A stretch of DNA of 32,000 bases from contig NZ_LN831039.1 of assembly GCF_001457595.1 (NCBI RefSeq), positions 4,980,001 to 5,012,000 on the forward strand, read 5' to 3'. Below, in pieces: positions 1 to 9,242 of this stretch. The translations under genes were made by a program, and so were the position numbers. Every line of letters starts with the position of its first letter. The first letter of the stretch is position 1. The stretch comes from Mycolicibacterium smegmatis. Lineage in GTDB: Bacteria > Actinomycetota > Actinomycetes > Mycobacteriales > Mycobacteriaceae. The notes beneath the pieces are model-generated. The model saw only the letters and a list, made by a program, of their open reading frames with translations, was not told the DNA's origin and searched no databases.

Positions 1-441
1 GACCAGATCCGCGCTCGTCGCCGCGAGCGCCAGCGCATGCCAGCGGGCCGCGTCGCCGGCACGCAACTCCGAGAGCTCGGCAGGCGACTGGAGCACGCCC
101 GCAGCGCTGTTGGTGAGGTCGACACCCGCGGTGCCCGCGGCAGCGTCGGGCACCGCGACCGCACGGCCGAGCCGCTGTGCGAGGTCGTCGGCGAGGATCG
201 GCCCGAGGAACGGCACGTCGACGAGCCCGCGGGCGAATTCCTCCGCGACGATCGCCACCTCCACACCGGACGCGCCGTCGGATCGCAGCGTGCGCCACTC
301 GGTGGCGGCCACCGTGTTCTCCAACCGCGCGATGCGGCCGCGGTCCTCCAGTTCGTGGACCGAGCCCGGTCCGAGGTCGTCGGCCAGTTTGGCAGCGGCC
401 TCTCGCAGCTGCTGCTGTTCAGCCGTCAGACGGACGTCCAT
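1..441 (-). CDS. acyl-CoA dehydrogenase family protein, N-terminal part (3' end lies beyond the window edge)
   Basis: Absent from the ORF track because it runs off the window. Reverse-strand ATG at 441-439 gives MDVRLTAEQQQLREAAAKLADDLGPGS...GVEVAIVAEEFARGLVDVPFLGPILADD, which looks like an ACAD/FadE N-terminal helical domain. The start overlaps the stop of the upstream ligase gene (419) by 23 nt. Confidence 0.55.
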   Translation of the reverse strand, partial: MDVRLTAEQQQLREAAAKLADDLGPGSVHELEDRGRIARLENTVAATEWRTLRSDGASGVEVAIVAEEFARGLVDVPFLGPILADDLAQRLGRAVAVPDAAAGTAGVDLTNSAAGVLQSPAELSELRAGDAARWHALALAATSADLV

Positions 442-1798
442 GCCGCTCCTTCAGCACTCGTCGCAATACCTTTCCGGAAGGCAAGCGGGGTATCTCGGTT
501 ACGAATTCGACGCGGCGGGGCCGCTTGTACGACGCGAGCCGCGACCCGACGAGGTCGATGAGTTCCTCGGCGGACACCTCGGCACACGTGGCCACGGCCG
601 CGACCACGGCCTCTCCGTCGGTGTCGTGCGGTTCGCCGAACACCGCGCAGTCGGCGACGGCGGGATGCCCGTGCAGCACGGCCTCCACCTCGGCCGGGGC
701 GACCTGGAATCCGCGCACCTTGACCATCTCCTTGGCACGGTCGGTGACGTGCAGATACCCGTCGTCGTCGAGGAATCCGATGTCGCCTGTGCGGTACCAG
801 CCGTCGTCGAAGGCGCCCCCGGTGGCGGACTCGGGTAGGTAGCCGCACATGGCCGATGGTGAACACACCTGGATCTCGCCGGTATCCGCGATGCGCACCC
901 GTACGCCGCGCACCGGTTTGCCGACGGTCTCGATCCTGGTGTCGTCCAGCGGGTTACACGCGATCACGGGCAGTTCGGTGGTGCCGTATGCGGTGAGCCA
1001 CCGGATCCCGGCACGCGCGGTGATGTCCTCGGCGACGCTGCGCGTGACCGGCGTCGCACACCACATCACGAACCGCAGCGACGACAGGTCGAACCGCTCC
1101 AGGCCGGGATGTGCGGCCAGCGCCAGAGCGATGGGCGCGACGGCCATCTCGATCGTGATGCCGTCGGATTCGATGTGACGCAACATGGTTTCGACGTCGA
1201 ACCGGGGGTGCAGTCGCATCCAGGCGCCGGTGTCGAGCACCATCGCGATGTTGAGCAGGCCCAGGATGTGCGACGGCGGGGTCATGATCTGCATGCGGTC
1301 GGCCGCGGTGAGGCCGAGCGCGTCGCGCCAGTGCTCGATGGCCGCGGCGAACCCGGCGTGGCTGTGGCGCACGGCTTTAGGCATGCCCGTGGTGCCGGAG
1401 CTGAACACGAACAGCGCGTCGGCATCGGGAGCCACTGCGGGGCCGGGGCGTTCGCCGGGTGTGATCGGCTCGTCGAGGTGCACCATCGGCAGGTGTTCGG
1501 CGAGCAGCGGTTGGTCGCCGACCGCGTGGTTTGCACGTGTGAGTTCCAGTGCATGGGCGATCTCGGTGGTTTTCCACGCCGGGCTGATGAGGACCGCGGC
1601 GGCACCGAGGCGCCAGATCGCGCGTAGGGCGATGACGAATTCGGGCCGGTTCGACGACATCATCGCGACCCGGTCTCCCGGTCCGACGCCACGCTGCGCC
1701 AACGTCGCGGCCATGCCGCCGGCGAGCGCGTCGAGTTCGGTGAGGGTGTACTCGCGGTCGCCGAACGCCAGCACGGCGGACTCACCCATGAGCCTCAC
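419..1798 (-). CDS. AMP-dependent acyl-CoA synthetase/ligase (FadD-type)
   Basis: 459-aa ORF with adenylate-forming motifs FSSGTTGMPKAVRHSH, YGTTE, YRTGDIG and a C-terminal SGKVLRR. GTG at 1798. The in-frame ATG at 1789, preceded by GGTGAGG, is an equally good start. Confidence 0.9.
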   Translation of the reverse strand: MRLMGESAVLAFGDREYTLTELDALAGGMAATLAQRGVGPGDRVAMMSSNRPEFVIALRAIWRLGAAAVLISPAWKTTEIAHALELTRANHAVGDQPLLAEHLPMVHLDEPITPGERPGPAVAPDADALFVFSSGTTGMPKAVRHSHAGFAAAIEHWRDALGLTAADRMQIMTPPSHILGLLNIAMVLDTGAWMRLHPRFDVETMLRHIESDGITIEMAVAPIALALAAHPGLERFDLSSLRFVMWCATPVTRSVAEDITARAGIRWLTAYGTTELPVIACNPLDDTRIETVGKPVRGVRVRIADTGEIQVCSPSAMCGYLPESATGGAFDDGWYRTGDIGFLDDDGYLHVTDRAKEMVKVRGFQVAPAEVEAVLHGHPAVADCAVFGEPHDTDGEAVVAAVATCAEVSAEELIDLVGSRLASYKRPRRVEFVTEIPRLPSGKVLRRVLKERHGRPSDG

Positions 1799-1879
1799 CT
1801 GCCGTTTCCACCAGCGCTGACCTCTCGTGACGCGTACCCGCCGCAGCGATGCGACGGCGAGAAGATACTATCATTTCCG

Positions 1880-1894
1880 GAGAATGCTATTCTC
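1880..1894. promoter_or_regulatory. operator-like palindrome GAGAAT-gct-ATTCTC in the divergent ligase/ferredoxin intergenic region
   Basis: Perfect 6-3-6 inverted repeat in an AT-rich patch. AGAATGCTA (1881-1889) recurs as a direct repeat at 1903-1911, 22 bp away. Confidence 0.45.
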
Positions 1895-1928
1895 GTTACA
1901 TCAGAATGCTAGTGCGCAGGGGAGCTCG

Positions 1929-2240
1929 ATGACGGCAGAACCAGTACCCACCGCGGAGCCCGGCGGGAAGGTGACCATCCTGTTCGAGCGTGAGCGGGTG
2001 TCGGTTCCGCGCAGGCCGAACGAGACGCTGCTGGAGAGCGCCCGACGGGCGGGCATGACACCTCCGTTCTCATGCGAGGCGGGTAACTGCGGCACGTGCA
2101 TGGCCAAACTCCTCGAGGGCACCGCCACGATGCGCGTCAACGACGCCCTCGACGACGACGAGGTCGCCGAGGGTTACGTGCTGACGTGCCAGGCGGTTCC
2201 GGACTGCGACACCGTGACGGTCTCCTACGACGACGACTGA
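1929..2240 (+). CDS. plant-type [2Fe-2S] ferredoxin
   Basis: Cys pattern CEAGNCGTC...LTCQA (C-x4-C-x2-C...C). ATG at 1929 is preceded by GGGGAG. The ORF-track start at 1827 would lie inside the promoter region. Confidence 0.85.
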   Translation: MTAEPVPTAEPGGKVTILFERERVSVPRRPNETLLESARRAGMTPPFSCEAGNCGTCMAKLLEGTATMRVNDALDDDEVAEGYVLTCQAVPDCDTVTVSYDDD

Positions 2241-3304
2241 GAACGAGCCTGCGCCTGCCCGCCCGCATACTCGTCGAACGCCGGCGGCGGGCGATAATCC
2301 GGTTGGTACCCGGCGATGCGGATCGAACTGCCCACCAGACGGAAATCGCCTGCGGTGACGAGCGCCTCGGGTGTCTCCGAAAGCGCTTCGGGCAGTGTGC
2401 GCACCGCGGCGACCGGGATGCCCAGCGGTTTGAGCCGTTTCTCCCAACTCGCGGCCGAGTCGGTCGCCAGTGTCGCAGTCACCACATGCAGCACCTCGTC
2501 ACGGCGCGCCGCGCGTTCGGCCATGGTCTCGAACCCCGAAATGCCGGCCTCGCCGGCGAACGACCTCCAGAACCCGTCGTGCGTGATGAACAGCGCCAGG
2601 TATCCGTCCGCCGTCGGAAACAGCTGCGCCGGAACGTAATAGGAATGCGCGCCGTTGGGGTGGCGGCGCGGTTCGGCACCGTCGTTGAGATACGCCGACG
2701 CGCGGTAGTTCAACTGCGACAGCATGACATCGCGCAGCGACACATCCACCTGCCCTCCGCGCCCGGACACGATCATCGCCAGCAGACCCAGCGCCGCGGT
2801 GAGACCCGTCGAGTTGTCCGCCGACGAATACCCCGGCAGCGTGGGCGGACCATCCGGGTCCCCCGTCATCGCCGCGACCCCCGTCGCGGCCTGGATCACG
2901 TAGTCGAACGCGGGATCGTCACCGCCGTCGAGCCCGAACCCCGTCATCGCGACGCACACGATCTCGGGGTTGAACTCCTTGAGCGCGTCGTAGGTCAGAC
3001 CGAGGCGGCGGATCACCGAAGGCTTCATGTTCACCAGCAGTGCGTGTGAATCCGCCACCAGCTCAGCGAGTCTCGCCTTCCCATTTGCCGACGCGAGGTC
3101 CAAGCACAGGCTGCGCTTGCCGCGGTTGAGGCTCGCGAAGTAACTGTCCCCCACCTGGCGCGAGATCTCGCCGCCCGGCGGTTCGATCTTGATCACCTCG
3201 GCGCCGAGATCCGCGAGCATCATGGTGGCGTACGGGCCCGCGAGCATCACGCCGACCTCGATGACGCGGATACCGGCCAGCGGAGCGCTCGCGCAAGCGC
3301 TCAT
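2225..3304 (-). CDS. family III CoA-transferase (CaiB/BaiF/Frc-like)
   Basis: N-terminus GIRVIEVGVMLAGPYATMMLADLGAEVIKIEPPGG is typical of family III CoA-transferases. The ATG (3304) overlaps the upstream gene's TGA as ATGA. Confidence 0.88.
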   Translation of the reverse strand: MSACASAPLAGIRVIEVGVMLAGPYATMMLADLGAEVIKIEPPGGEISRQVGDSYFASLNRGKRSLCLDLASANGKARLAELVADSHALLVNMKPSVIRRLGLTYDALKEFNPEIVCVAMTGFGLDGGDDPAFDYVIQAATGVAAMTGDPDGPPTLPGYSSADNSTGLTAALGLLAMIVSGRGGQVDVSLRDVMLSQLNYRASAYLNDGAEPRRHPNGAHSYYVPAQLFPTADGYLALFITHDGFWRSFAGEAGISGFETMAERAARRDEVLHVVTATLATDSAASWEKRLKPLGIPVAAVRTLPEALSETPEALVTAGDFRLVGSSIRIAGYQPDYRPPPAFDEYAGGQAQARSQSSS

Positions 3305-4257
3305 CGCACCGCCTTGGCGAGTTCGGCGATCACCTCACGCGTGCGGTACTTCGAGGCGATCAACTCGTCACGGTTGTCGCCGATGGGCAGCAGCCGCACC
3401 GACAGATCCGTCACGCCCGCATCGGCGAACCGCTTGAACCGGGCCAGGATCGCGTCCTCGTCACCGGCCGCGCACAGATCACCGACATTGCGCGCGTCAC
3501 CGCGGTCCAGCAGGCGCTGGTAATTGGGCGACGTCTCGGCCTCGGCCAGGATCCGGTTGGCCCGCTCCTTGGCGGTGTCGATCTCGGAGTTGGCGCACAG
3601 GCACACCGGGATTCCGGCCACGATCCGAGGAGCGGGCCTTCCCGCGTTGTCGGCGGCCTTGTTGATGCGCGGCGCGATGTGGTCACCGATCGCGCGTTCG
3701 TCGGCCATCCAGAGCACCGTGCCGTCGGCGAGTTCGCCTGCGATCTGCAGCATCACCGGACCGAGCGCGGCGACCAGCACGGGCAGGGGTGTCTCGGCGG
3801 CCAGCGCGGTGGGGTTGTGCACCGTGAACGTGTCGTTCTCGACGTCGACGGGTCCCGGCCCGGCCAGGGAAGCGTTGAGCACCTCGAGGTAGTCGCGTGT
3901 GTAGGCGGCGGGCTTGTCGTAGGGCAGACCCAGCATGTCGCGGATGATCCAGTGATGCGACGGGCCCACCCCGAGCGCCAACCGACCCTCGGCGATCGCG
4001 TGCACCGAGAGCGCCTGGCGCGCAAGGGCTACCGGATGCTGTGCCTGCAGCGGCACGACGGCCGTGCCGAGTTCGATGGTCGAGGTGTGCGCGGCCATCA
4101 GCGCGACCATGGACAGGCAGTCGAAATCGTCGGGCACCTGCGGCATCCACGCGCTGTCCAGGCCCGCGGCCTCGGCCCACTGGATGTCGGCCGCGAGCTT
4201 GTTGACCTTGCGTGTCATGTCGCCGCGTTCGGCCCCGATCATCACGCCCAGTCTCAT
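3301..4257 (-). CDS. luciferase-like monooxygenase (LLM) class oxidoreductase, probably F420-dependent
   Basis: 318 aa, MRLGVMIGAERGD...GLDSAWMPQV...LGTAVVPLQAQHPVALARQAL, an LLM TIM-barrel pattern common in mycobacterial F420-dependent LLMs. ATGA overlaps at both ends (4254-4257, 3301-3304). F420 usage is inferred, not shown. Confidence 0.8.
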   Translation of the reverse strand: MRLGVMIGAERGDMTRKVNKLAADIQWAEAAGLDSAWMPQVPDDFDCLSMVALMAAHTSTIELGTAVVPLQAQHPVALARQALSVHAIAEGRLALGVGPSHHWIIRDMLGLPYDKPAAYTRDYLEVLNASLAGPGPVDVENDTFTVHNPTALAAETPLPVLVAALGPVMLQIAGELADGTVLWMADERAIGDHIAPRINKAADNAGRPAPRIVAGIPVCLCANSEIDTAKERANRILAEAETSPNYQRLLDRGDARNVGDLCAAGDEDAILARFKRFADAGVTDLSVRLLPIGDNRDELIASKYRTREVIAELAKAVR

Positions 4258-4652
4258 TTGGCCACCTTCTCCGTGAGAGCCCGCACCTCGGTCACCAGCG
4301 TGTCCAGCGGCGTGCCCGTGGGGAACACCGCGGCCGCCCCGACGTCGAGCAGTTTCTGGACGTCGCCCTGCGGGATGGTGCCGCCGACGACGACGGCGAT
4401 GTCACCGGCGTCGGCGGCCCGCAGTGCCTCGACGGTGCGCGCCGTGAGTGCGACATGCGCCCCGGACAGGATCGAAAGGCCGACCAGCGCAACGTCTTCC
4501 TGCAAAGCGATGGACACGATGTCCTCGATGCGCTGCCGGATGCCGGTGTAGATGACCTCGAAACCGGCGTCGCGCAACGTGCGCGCGACGATCTTGGCTC
4601 CGCGGTCGTGACCGTCCAGACCCGGCTTGGCGACCAGCACCCGGGTGGCCAT
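4254..4652 (-). CDS. acyl-CoA mutase small subunit (cobalamin-binding domain)
   Basis: RVLVAKPGLDGHDRGAKIVARTLRDAGFEVIY contains the DxHxxG base-off/His-on motif (DGHDRG). Preferred start is ATG 4652-4650, with AGGA 5 nt upstream. The ORF-track TTG at 4676 lies inside the tandem repeat. Confidence 0.9.
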   Translation of the reverse strand: MATRVLVAKPGLDGHDRGAKIVARTLRDAGFEVIYTGIRQRIEDIVSIALQEDVALVGLSILSGAHVALTARTVEALRAADAGDIAVVVGGTIPQGDVQKLLDVGAAAVFPTGTPLDTLVTEVRALTEKVAK

Positions 4653-4715
4653 CAGAATCCTCGCTTCTTCGCGCAAGCGCTCATCAGAATCCTCGCTTCT
4701 TCGCGCAAGCGCTCA

Positions 4716-4721
<6 letters not shown>
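4650..4721. repeat. perfect 32-bp tandem duplication (2.25 copies) between the mutase subunit genes
   Basis: catcagaatcctcgcttcttcgcgcaagcgct at 4650-4681 and 4682-4713 with 0 mismatches, then catcagaa again at 4714-4721. Confidence 0.97.
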
Positions 4722-6305
<1,584 letters not shown>

Positions 6306-6318
6306 CACTCGATAACGT

Positions 6319-6346
6319 ACTTGCCAAAAATGAGAATGCCAATACC
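6319..6346. promoter_or_regulatory. 28-bp repeated promoter/operator element, copy A (mutase side)
   Basis: acttgccaaaaATgagaatgccaatacc. On the minus strand this reads TTGGCA (6342-6337), a 17-nt spacer, then TACGTT (6319-6314), ending 5 nt before GTG 6308 and 8 nt before ATG 6305. Confidence 0.55.
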
Positions 6347-6465
6347 GCACGGCGGTAATGTGTGGCGTGTGCAGCATGGGAACACCCTCACCTGCGCACC
6401 CTCGCGCCGCACCGAACGCTCAGGCAGTCGGGGTGCGACCCGTCGCCGCACCGCATGAGTACGCC

Positions 6466-6493
6466 ACTTGCCAAAACCGAGAATGCCAATACC
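6466..6493. promoter_or_regulatory. 28-bp repeated promoter/operator element, copy B (SDR side)
   Basis: acttgccaaaaCCgagaatgccaatacc, 26/28 identical to copy A and 147 bp from it. On the plus strand: TTGCCA (6468-6473), a 16-nt spacer, then TACCCT (6490-6495), upstream of the SDR gene. Confidence 0.5.
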
Positions 6494-6563
6494 CTTCTGG
6501 GTACGCGGCAACGTTCGCATCCGACGCGCCGGTCAGCTCCGCCGCGCCCCGACGAGGAGGCCC

Positions 6564-7424
6564 ATGTCCAGCCAGCAGGAGTCTTTCGCCGATCGCACGA
6601 TGGTCGTGTCGGGCGGCAGCCGGGGTATCGGCCTGGCGATCGCACTGGGTGCGGCCAAACGCGGCGCCAACGTGGTGCTGCTCGCCAAGACCGCGCAACC
6701 GCATCCGAAACTGCCCGGCACCGTGCACACCGCGGTCGCCGAGGTCGAGGCCGCCGGCGGCAAGGGCGTCGCGGTGGTCGGTGACGTTCGCAAGGATGAG
6801 GACGTCGCACGCGCCGTCGACACCGCGGTGGAACGCTTCGGCGGCGTCGACATCGTGGTCAACAACGCCAGCGCGATCGCGACCGAACCGACCGAATCGC
6901 TTGCGGTCAAGAAATTCGACCTGATGATGGACATCAACGTGCGCGGCACGTTCCTGCTGACCAAGGCCGCCCTGCCGCACCTGCGCACGTCCGTGGAGGC
7001 CGGGCGCGCCGCCCATGTGCTGACCCTGGCCCCGCCGCTCAACCTCAACCCGTACTGGCTGGGTGCACACCCGTCCTACACGCTGTCCAAGTACGGGATG
7101 ACCCTGCTGTCGCAGGGCTGGGCCGCGGAGTATGCCGACTCCGGAATCGGTTTCAGCTGCCTGTGGCCCGAGACGTACATCGCGACGGCGGCCGTGGCCA
7201 ACGGCGCAGGAGGTGCCGAACTGCTGAAATCCTCCCGCAGCCCCGAGATCATGGCCGACGCCGCCGTCGAGATCCTGTCCCGGCCGGCCGGCGAGGTCAA
7301 CGGCCAGACCTTCGTCGACTCCGAAGTTCTCACCACAGCAGGCGTGAGCGACCTGTCCCGTTACGGTGGCGGGGACAGTCCGATCATCGACATCTTCATC
7401 GACGCACCGGGACAGGGCGCATGA
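6564..7424 (+). CDS. short-chain dehydrogenase/reductase, HSDL2-like
   Basis: VSGGSRGIGLAIALGAAKRGANVVLLAKTAQPHPKLPGT (TGxxxGxG plus the AKTAQPHPKL signature of HSDL2-type SDRs) and catalytic YTLSK. ATG 6564 is preceded by GAGGAGG. Confidence 0.88.
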   Translation: MSSQQESFADRTMVVSGGSRGIGLAIALGAAKRGANVVLLAKTAQPHPKLPGTVHTAVAEVEAAGGKGVAVVGDVRKDEDVARAVDTAVERFGGVDIVVNNASAIATEPTESLAVKKFDLMMDINVRGTFLLTKAALPHLRTSVEAGRAAHVLTLAPPLNLNPYWLGAHPSYTLSKYGMTLLSQGWAAEYADSGIGFSCLWPETYIATAAVANGAGGAELLKSSRSPEIMADAAVEILSRPAGEVNGQTFVDSEVLTTAGVSDLSRYGGGDSPIIDIFIDAPGQGA

Positions 7425-8911
7425 GCATATCGCTGCTGCTCGAGATGGCATCGTCGGGAGATCCCGACCGCACCGCGGTGGTTTCCGACGACACCCGGCT
7501 CACCGCAGGCGAGTTGAGCACATTGGCCGACGGGGCAGCAGGCGTCATCGCCGGGTCAGGCGCGGCACACGTCGCCTACGTGGGTACCGGTGGCGCGCTG
7601 CTGCCGCTGCTGCTGTTCGCCTCGGCACGCGCGGCGATCCCCTTCACCCCCCTGAACTACCGTCTCAGCGCCGAAGGTCTGCGCGAGCTGGTCGACCGGT
7701 TGCCCACACCGCTGGTGATCGCCGACGGCGAGTACGCCGGCATGCTCGCCGGAGCGGGCAGGCCGGTGCTCACCTCCGAGGAGTTCCTGTCCCAGGCCCG
7801 CACGGCCGATCCGGCCGCAGAGTTCGCCGACCCCGACGCGGTCGCGGTGGTGCTGTTCACCTCGGGCACCACATCGCGCCCCAAGGCCGTCGAACTCACC
7901 CACAACAACCTCACGAGCTACATCACCGGGACCGTCGAATTCGGTTCGGCCGCACCGGAGGACGCCGCGCTGATCTGTGTGCCGCCGTACCACATCGCGG
8001 GTGTCAGCGCGGCGATGTCCAACCTGTACGCCGGCCGGAAGATGGTGTACCTGCGCAACTTCGACGCACACCGCTGGGTCGAGTTGGTGCGCACCGAGGG
8101 CGTCACGTCTGCCACCGTGGTGCCGACCATGCTCGACCGTATCGTCACCGCACTTGAGACCACGCGCGCCGAGCTGCCGACCCTGCGCAACCTCGCCTAC
8201 GGCGGATCCAAGGTCGCGCTGCCCCTGGTCCGCAAGGCGCTGGAGCTGATGCCGAACGTCGGATTCGTCAACGCCTACGGTCTCACCGAAACCAGCTCCA
8301 CCATCGCGGTCCTCGGACCCGACGACCACCGGGCCGCGCTGGCCTCCGACGACCCCGGTGTGACCCGCCGCCTCGGGTCGGTGGGACAGGTGGTGCCCGG
8401 GATCGAGGTGCAGATCCGCGGCGAGGACGGCACCGTGCTGGGGCCCGGCGAGACCGGTGAGCTGTTCGTGCGCGGCGAGCAGGTGTCCGGCCGGTACACC
8501 GAGATCGGGTCGGTGCTCGACGAGGACGGCTGGTTCCCCACCAAAGACGTTGCGATGCTTGACCAGGACGGCTATCTGTTCATCGGCGGCCGGTCGGACG
8601 ACACCATCATCCGCGGCGGCGAGAACATCGCTCCCGCCGAGATCGAGGACGTTCTCGTGGAACATCCCGACGTGCGCGACGTCGCGGTGGTCGGCCCCGA
8701 GGACCCCCAGTGGGGCCAGATCATCGTCGCGGTCGTGGTGCCCGCCGACGGCGCCGAACCCGACGCCGACGTACTCCGCGAGCACGTCCGCAAACACCTG
8801 CGCGGATCCCGCACCCCCGACCGCGTGGTCTTCCGCGCCGAACTGCCCACCAACGCCACCGGCAAGGTGCTGCGCCGTCAACTCGTCGACGAACTCCAGC
8901 CCATCTCGTAG
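7421..8911 (+). CDS. AMP-dependent acyl-CoA synthetase/ligase
   Basis: LFTSGTTSRPKAV, AYGLTETSS, FPTKDVA, RGGENI and a C-terminal TGKVLRR. The ATG at 7421 overlaps the SDR stop as ATGA. The ORF-track start at 7163 lies inside the SDR gene. Confidence 0.9.
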   Translation: MSISLLLEMASSGDPDRTAVVSDDTRLTAGELSTLADGAAGVIAGSGAAHVAYVGTGGALLPLLLFASARAAIPFTPLNYRLSAEGLRELVDRLPTPLVIADGEYAGMLAGAGRPVLTSEEFLSQARTADPAAEFADPDAVAVVLFTSGTTSRPKAVELTHNNLTSYITGTVEFGSAAPEDAALICVPPYHIAGVSAAMSNLYAGRKMVYLRNFDAHRWVELVRTEGVTSATVVPTMLDRIVTALETTRAELPTLRNLAYGGSKVALPLVRKALELMPNVGFVNAYGLTETSSTIAVLGPDDHRAALASDDPGVTRRLGSVGQVVPGIEVQIRGEDGTVLGPGETGELFVRGEQVSGRYTEIGSVLDEDGWFPTKDVAMLDQDGYLFIGGRSDDTIIRGGENIAPAEIEDVLVEHPDVRDVAVVGPEDPQWGQIIVAVVVPADGAEPDADVLREHVRKHLRGSRTPDRVVFRAELPTNATGKVLRRQLVDELQPIS

Positions 8912-8929
8912 GAATCGAAGGAGTCATCA

Positions 8930-9232
8930 GTGATCAAGAACGGCACGCGCCTGCAGAGCCAGGTGTGCGACACCCAGGTGATCGTCGTCCGCAGCGCCGA
9001 CAGCCTCGACGACCTGCGCGCCGGAGGCGTCCCGATGATCCCGCTGGACGCCGAGAAGGACAGTGGCGCAACGCTCGACCCGGCATTCGCCGACGGCACC
9101 CTGATGGGCAAACGCTACGTCGACGACAACGGCGCCGAGGTGCTGGTCACCAAGGCCGGCGCCGGGACGCTGTCGATCGGGACCACACCGCTGGGCCTCA
9201 AGGAGGCCAAGCCGCTGCCCGCGAGCGACTAG
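8930..9232 (+). CDS. small conserved hypothetical protein (100 aa) with an internal two-fold repeat
   Basis: GTG 8930 lies 6 nt after AAGGAG (8918-8923). The halves align: TQVIVVRSA..LRAGGVPMIPLDAEK versus AEVLVTKAG..LSIGTTPLGLKEAKP. No recognisable catalytic motif. Confidence 0.65.
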   Translation: MIKNGTRLQSQVCDTQVIVVRSADSLDDLRAGGVPMIPLDAEKDSGATLDPAFADGTLMGKRYVDDNGAEVLVTKAGAGTLSIGTTPLGLKEAKPLPASD

Positions 9233-9242
9233 CGCCACGGGC

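Noticed and set aside
6306-6563. Possible cobalamin riboswitch in front of the B12-dependent mutase operon.
   Set aside because: Read on the coding (minus) strand, there is no B12-box-like AGYCMGGAGACCKGCC element and none of the conserved GGGAA / GCCACTG blocks. In addition, the predicted promoter leaves essentially no 5' UTR.
7163-7420. ORF-track N-terminal extensions: ligase from 7163, rhomboid from 26045, mutase large subunit from 6377, SDR from 6468, kinase from 11698, ferredoxin from 1827.
   Set aside because: The extensions overlap neighbouring genes or promoter elements and encode Arg/Pro-rich sequence. Internal starts with an SD sequence or ATGA/GTGA coupling give proteins of canonical family length.
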